A stretch of 64,000 nt of DNA from Candidatus Binatia bacterium (GTDB lineage: Bacteria; Desulfobacterota; Binatia; Bin18): the NCBI GenBank assembly GCA_963666315.2, contig CAXXHG010000021.1, forward strand, positions 1 through 64,000. Reading direction: 5' to 3'. The notes under the pieces are model-generated. The model was not told the DNA's origin. It worked only from the letters and a program-made list of their open reading frames with translations, and made no database searches. The position numbers and the translations under genes are program-made. This document shows positions 61,962 through 64,000 of the stretch, piece by piece (within the stretch, counting starts at the first letter, position 1; each line of letters starts with the position of its first letter).

Positions 61962-62588
61962 ATGGACCCTGAACAGATTCTCCAATTCTGGTTTGCCGCC
62001 TCGGCCGCTGATGCGGCCCAGGCGAAGAAGCGCTACGCGTTCTGGTTTAAAGCTACGCCTGAGATCGATGCCGCCATCCGTACGCGATTTGTGGATCTCG
62101 TTGCCCAAGCACAGGCTGGTGGACTGGAGTCCTGGGAGACGGCACCGCGCTCATGGCTGGCGCTGATCATTCTGCTCGATCAGTTTCCACGTAATCTCTA
62201 TCGCGGAACAGCGGCAGCCTTTGCCGGCGACCCGTTGGCGCAACACGTTGCCCAGCGGGGATTCGGCCAGTACTTGCCATCAACCTGCCCATCAAATCTG
62301 AGTGTGATTGAGCAGGCGTTCTGCCTTATGCCCCTGCAACACGCGGAACAGCTCTCCTTGCAAGAGGAGGCGCTGCGTCGGGGCGAGGAACTGCTTGCCC
62401 TGGCGGCAACCGAGTGGCAAGAGCAGTTGGAGGAATTTCAAGGCTCCGCCCGGAAACATTTTGCTCTCATCCAACGCTTCGGCCGGTTCCCGCATCGGAA
62501 TGTGATTCTCGGACGAGAGTCCACACTAGAGGAGCAAGAGTTTCTGGATTCTGGGAGTGGGTCGTTCGGGCAGGCACTAAAAAAATGA
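61962..62588 (+). CDS. DUF924 family protein
   Basis: ILQFWF, ILLDQFPRN, MPLQHAE, RFGRFPHRN..LGREST. Confidence 0.92.
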   Translation: MDPEQILQFWFAASAADAAQAKKRYAFWFKATPEIDAAIRTRFVDLVAQAQAGGLESWETAPRSWLALIILLDQFPRNLYRGTAAAFAGDPLAQHVAQRGFGQYLPSTCPSNLSVIEQAFCLMPLQHAEQLSLQEEALRRGEELLALAATEWQEQLEEFQGSARKHFALIQRFGRFPHRNVILGRESTLEEQEFLDSGSGSFGQALKK

Positions 62589-62621
62589 GGCAGCCCTTTT
62601 GACCTGACAACCTGTCTCTTT

Positions 62622-62891
62622 TTATTGAAATAGATTGCTACGTGAGCCTGTGTGTTCAAGCCGAAGATTGTTCGTATCCGTTGAATAGATCAAAACCCAA
62701 TCGGGCTCTATGTGGTAGTCGCGGCAACTCTTCCAAGCACCCGTCAGTGCATGATCGCGGTGTTTTGCATCAAGAGCCTCGCTCTTTGCCAACCGGCTGA
62801 CGGTGGCCTTGAGCTTCTCAAGATCTTTGCCGCGCCGGCGCATTCGTTTGACATCCTGCACGAATTGCTTCGTCTGGGAGAGCTTTTTCAT
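62622..62891 (-). CDS. yafQ: YafQ family mRNA interferase toxin
   Basis: RDHALTG.W...RDYHIEPDWVLIY. Confidence 0.85.
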   Translation of the reverse strand: MKKLSQTKQFVQDVKRMRRRGKDLEKLKATVSRLAKSEALDAKHRDHALTGAWKSCRDYHIEPDWVLIYSTDTNNLRLEHTGSRSNLFQ

Positions 62892-63149
62892 TGCTCCCAG
62901 CTCTCAAACATGTCCTCTAGCGTGTCGAATGTCTTTACGTCTTCTCCCTGCTGGCTTTTCTTCAGGGTCTTGGCCGTCAACTCGTTGGGGATGAGGACAG
63001 GAAACGGGAGGCCGCCGCGTAGACAAATCTGACGATAGAAGAGCCGGATCGCTTCTGTGGGGCTGAGCCCCAGCTTGCGCAGAACGCCCTCGGCCTGCTT
63101 CTTTAGTCTGGGGCTCGATACGTGCGTGTACAACAGCCGATTTATTCAT
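62888..63149 (-). pseudogene. dinJ: RelB/DinJ antitoxin, frameshifted
   Basis: MNKSAVVHARIEP / KKQAEGVLRKLGLSPTEAIRLFYRQI..GGLPF. Confidence 0.82.
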
Positions 63150-63156
63150 GTCCTAA

Positions 63157-63178
63157 CTGTGTCACATATGCAACACAG
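63157..63178. promoter_or_regulatory. Probable DinJ-YafQ operator
   Basis: Imperfect palindrome CTGTGT-CA-CATATG-CA-ACACAG just upstream of dinJ. Confidence 0.6.
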
Positions 63179-63316
63179 AATTAAATATTTTCTTTCCATA
63201 CGCGAAACAGTACAAAACGACTTCTGCCGAGCTTGATCCGGCGTCCACTCCAGTGCTATGGGTTCCTCTGCTTCATAAACCATTCATCTTTTTCATGTTG
63301 CCCAAAGAGGCCTATC

Positions 63317-63622
63317 ATGTCGGCATATTTTATTCTCGCCCAAACGATTACCGATCCCGAGAAATACCAGAAGGACTATATTCCGGGCGTGCTGCCTTTT
63401 CTGGCGAAATACAAGGGTGAAATCGTTGTGGCCGACTTTGAGGCCACGCCGATTCAGGGCGATCCGGCTAAAGGTGTGGTCGTTTTGAAATTTCCGTCCG
63501 AGCAAGCGATTAAGGATTTTATGGATGATCCGGACTACAAGCCGGTCAAGGACCTGCGTCTAGCGATCACGACAAACGCTGACGCTGTCATGGTACCCGA
63601 ATTCAAGCCGCCGCAAAGCTGA
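63317..63622 (+). CDS. DUF1330 family protein
   Basis: MSAYFI...KYKGE...VVVLKFPS...DPDY...R. Confidence 0.86.
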   Translation: MSAYFILAQTITDPEKYQKDYIPGVLPFLAKYKGEIVVADFEATPIQGDPAKGVVVLKFPSEQAIKDFMDDPDYKPVKDLRLAITTNADAVMVPEFKPPQS

Positions 63623-63643
63623 TTATGGCTTGGCTGGTCCTGC

Positions 63644-64000
63644 TCAGAACCACCACTGCGGCGAAGCTCCTATAATGCGTGCCAGTTCGGCGTAGCCCGC
63701 ACTCCGGGGATGGGCTCCGTCGTTTTCCTTGACTTCCTGCTTGTACTCTTCGTTTGCAATGAGTGCAGGCAGGACGGGGATATAGGGAACGTTTAATTCG
63801 TTTGCAAGGTGAGAGAACGTCTCCGAGAGCACGTGGATGCGTTCGTTATGATCAGCGTCAACCACAGGTGGAGGACCGACCCACAGGGCTGTGTACTGTG
63901 TCTGGGCTTTATGGAGCATGAGACGAGCGTTGTCCAATGATTCCTGCTGGGAGACTCGTTGGGCATTATCCTCAATCACGGTGTCGTTCACGCCGAATGA
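63644..64000 (-). CDS. GDSL/SGNH hydrolase (partial, 5' end outside window)
   Basis: GVNDT block III, DGAHP catalytic DxxH. Confidence 0.85.
   Translation of the reverse strand, partial: SFGVNDTVIEDNAQRVSQQESLDNARLMLHKAQTQYTALWVGPPPVVDADHNERIHVLSETFSHLANELNVPYIPVLPALIANEEYKQEVKENDGAHPRSAGYAELARIIGASPQWWF

Overview
Bacterial chromosomal window of roughly mid-50s %GC (by eye). The gene repertoire (F420-dependent LLM/PPOX enzymes, MetE-like, amidohydrolase, Rieske, P450, repeated LENP...CGDTDNGFGLLFNWNLL surface domains) suggests a Binatia/Deltaproteobacteria-like, possibly host-associated organism; this is inference only. Ordinary content: many lipid/organic-acid catabolic enzymes, CbpA, a Na+/H+ antiporter, a bioFADB operon and an MCC/GCC-type carboxylase operon. 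No rRNA, tRNA or CRISPR array was seen. Main signals: (1) A candidate lipid-body (wax ester/TAG) regulon made of an Rv0474/MLDSR-like XRE regulator, a phasin-like protein, a Crp-family regulator with a CooA-type recognition helix, a lipase, a PhaE-like protein and a WS/DGAT. Two DNA motifs, each present three times, tie these genes together, and the cluster is split by a ~12 kb decayed island (IS6 pair, DISARM DrmB, Mrr-N, terminase and Rieske/heme-propeller fragments). (2) A ~2.6 kb inversion cuts a MalT/SARP regulator in two, next to surface-protein genes that share a 28-bp upstream motif. (3) An F420-type LLM oxidoreductase carries a signal peptide. Many genes have frameshifts, stops or deletions, which may be a mix of real decay and assembly error.
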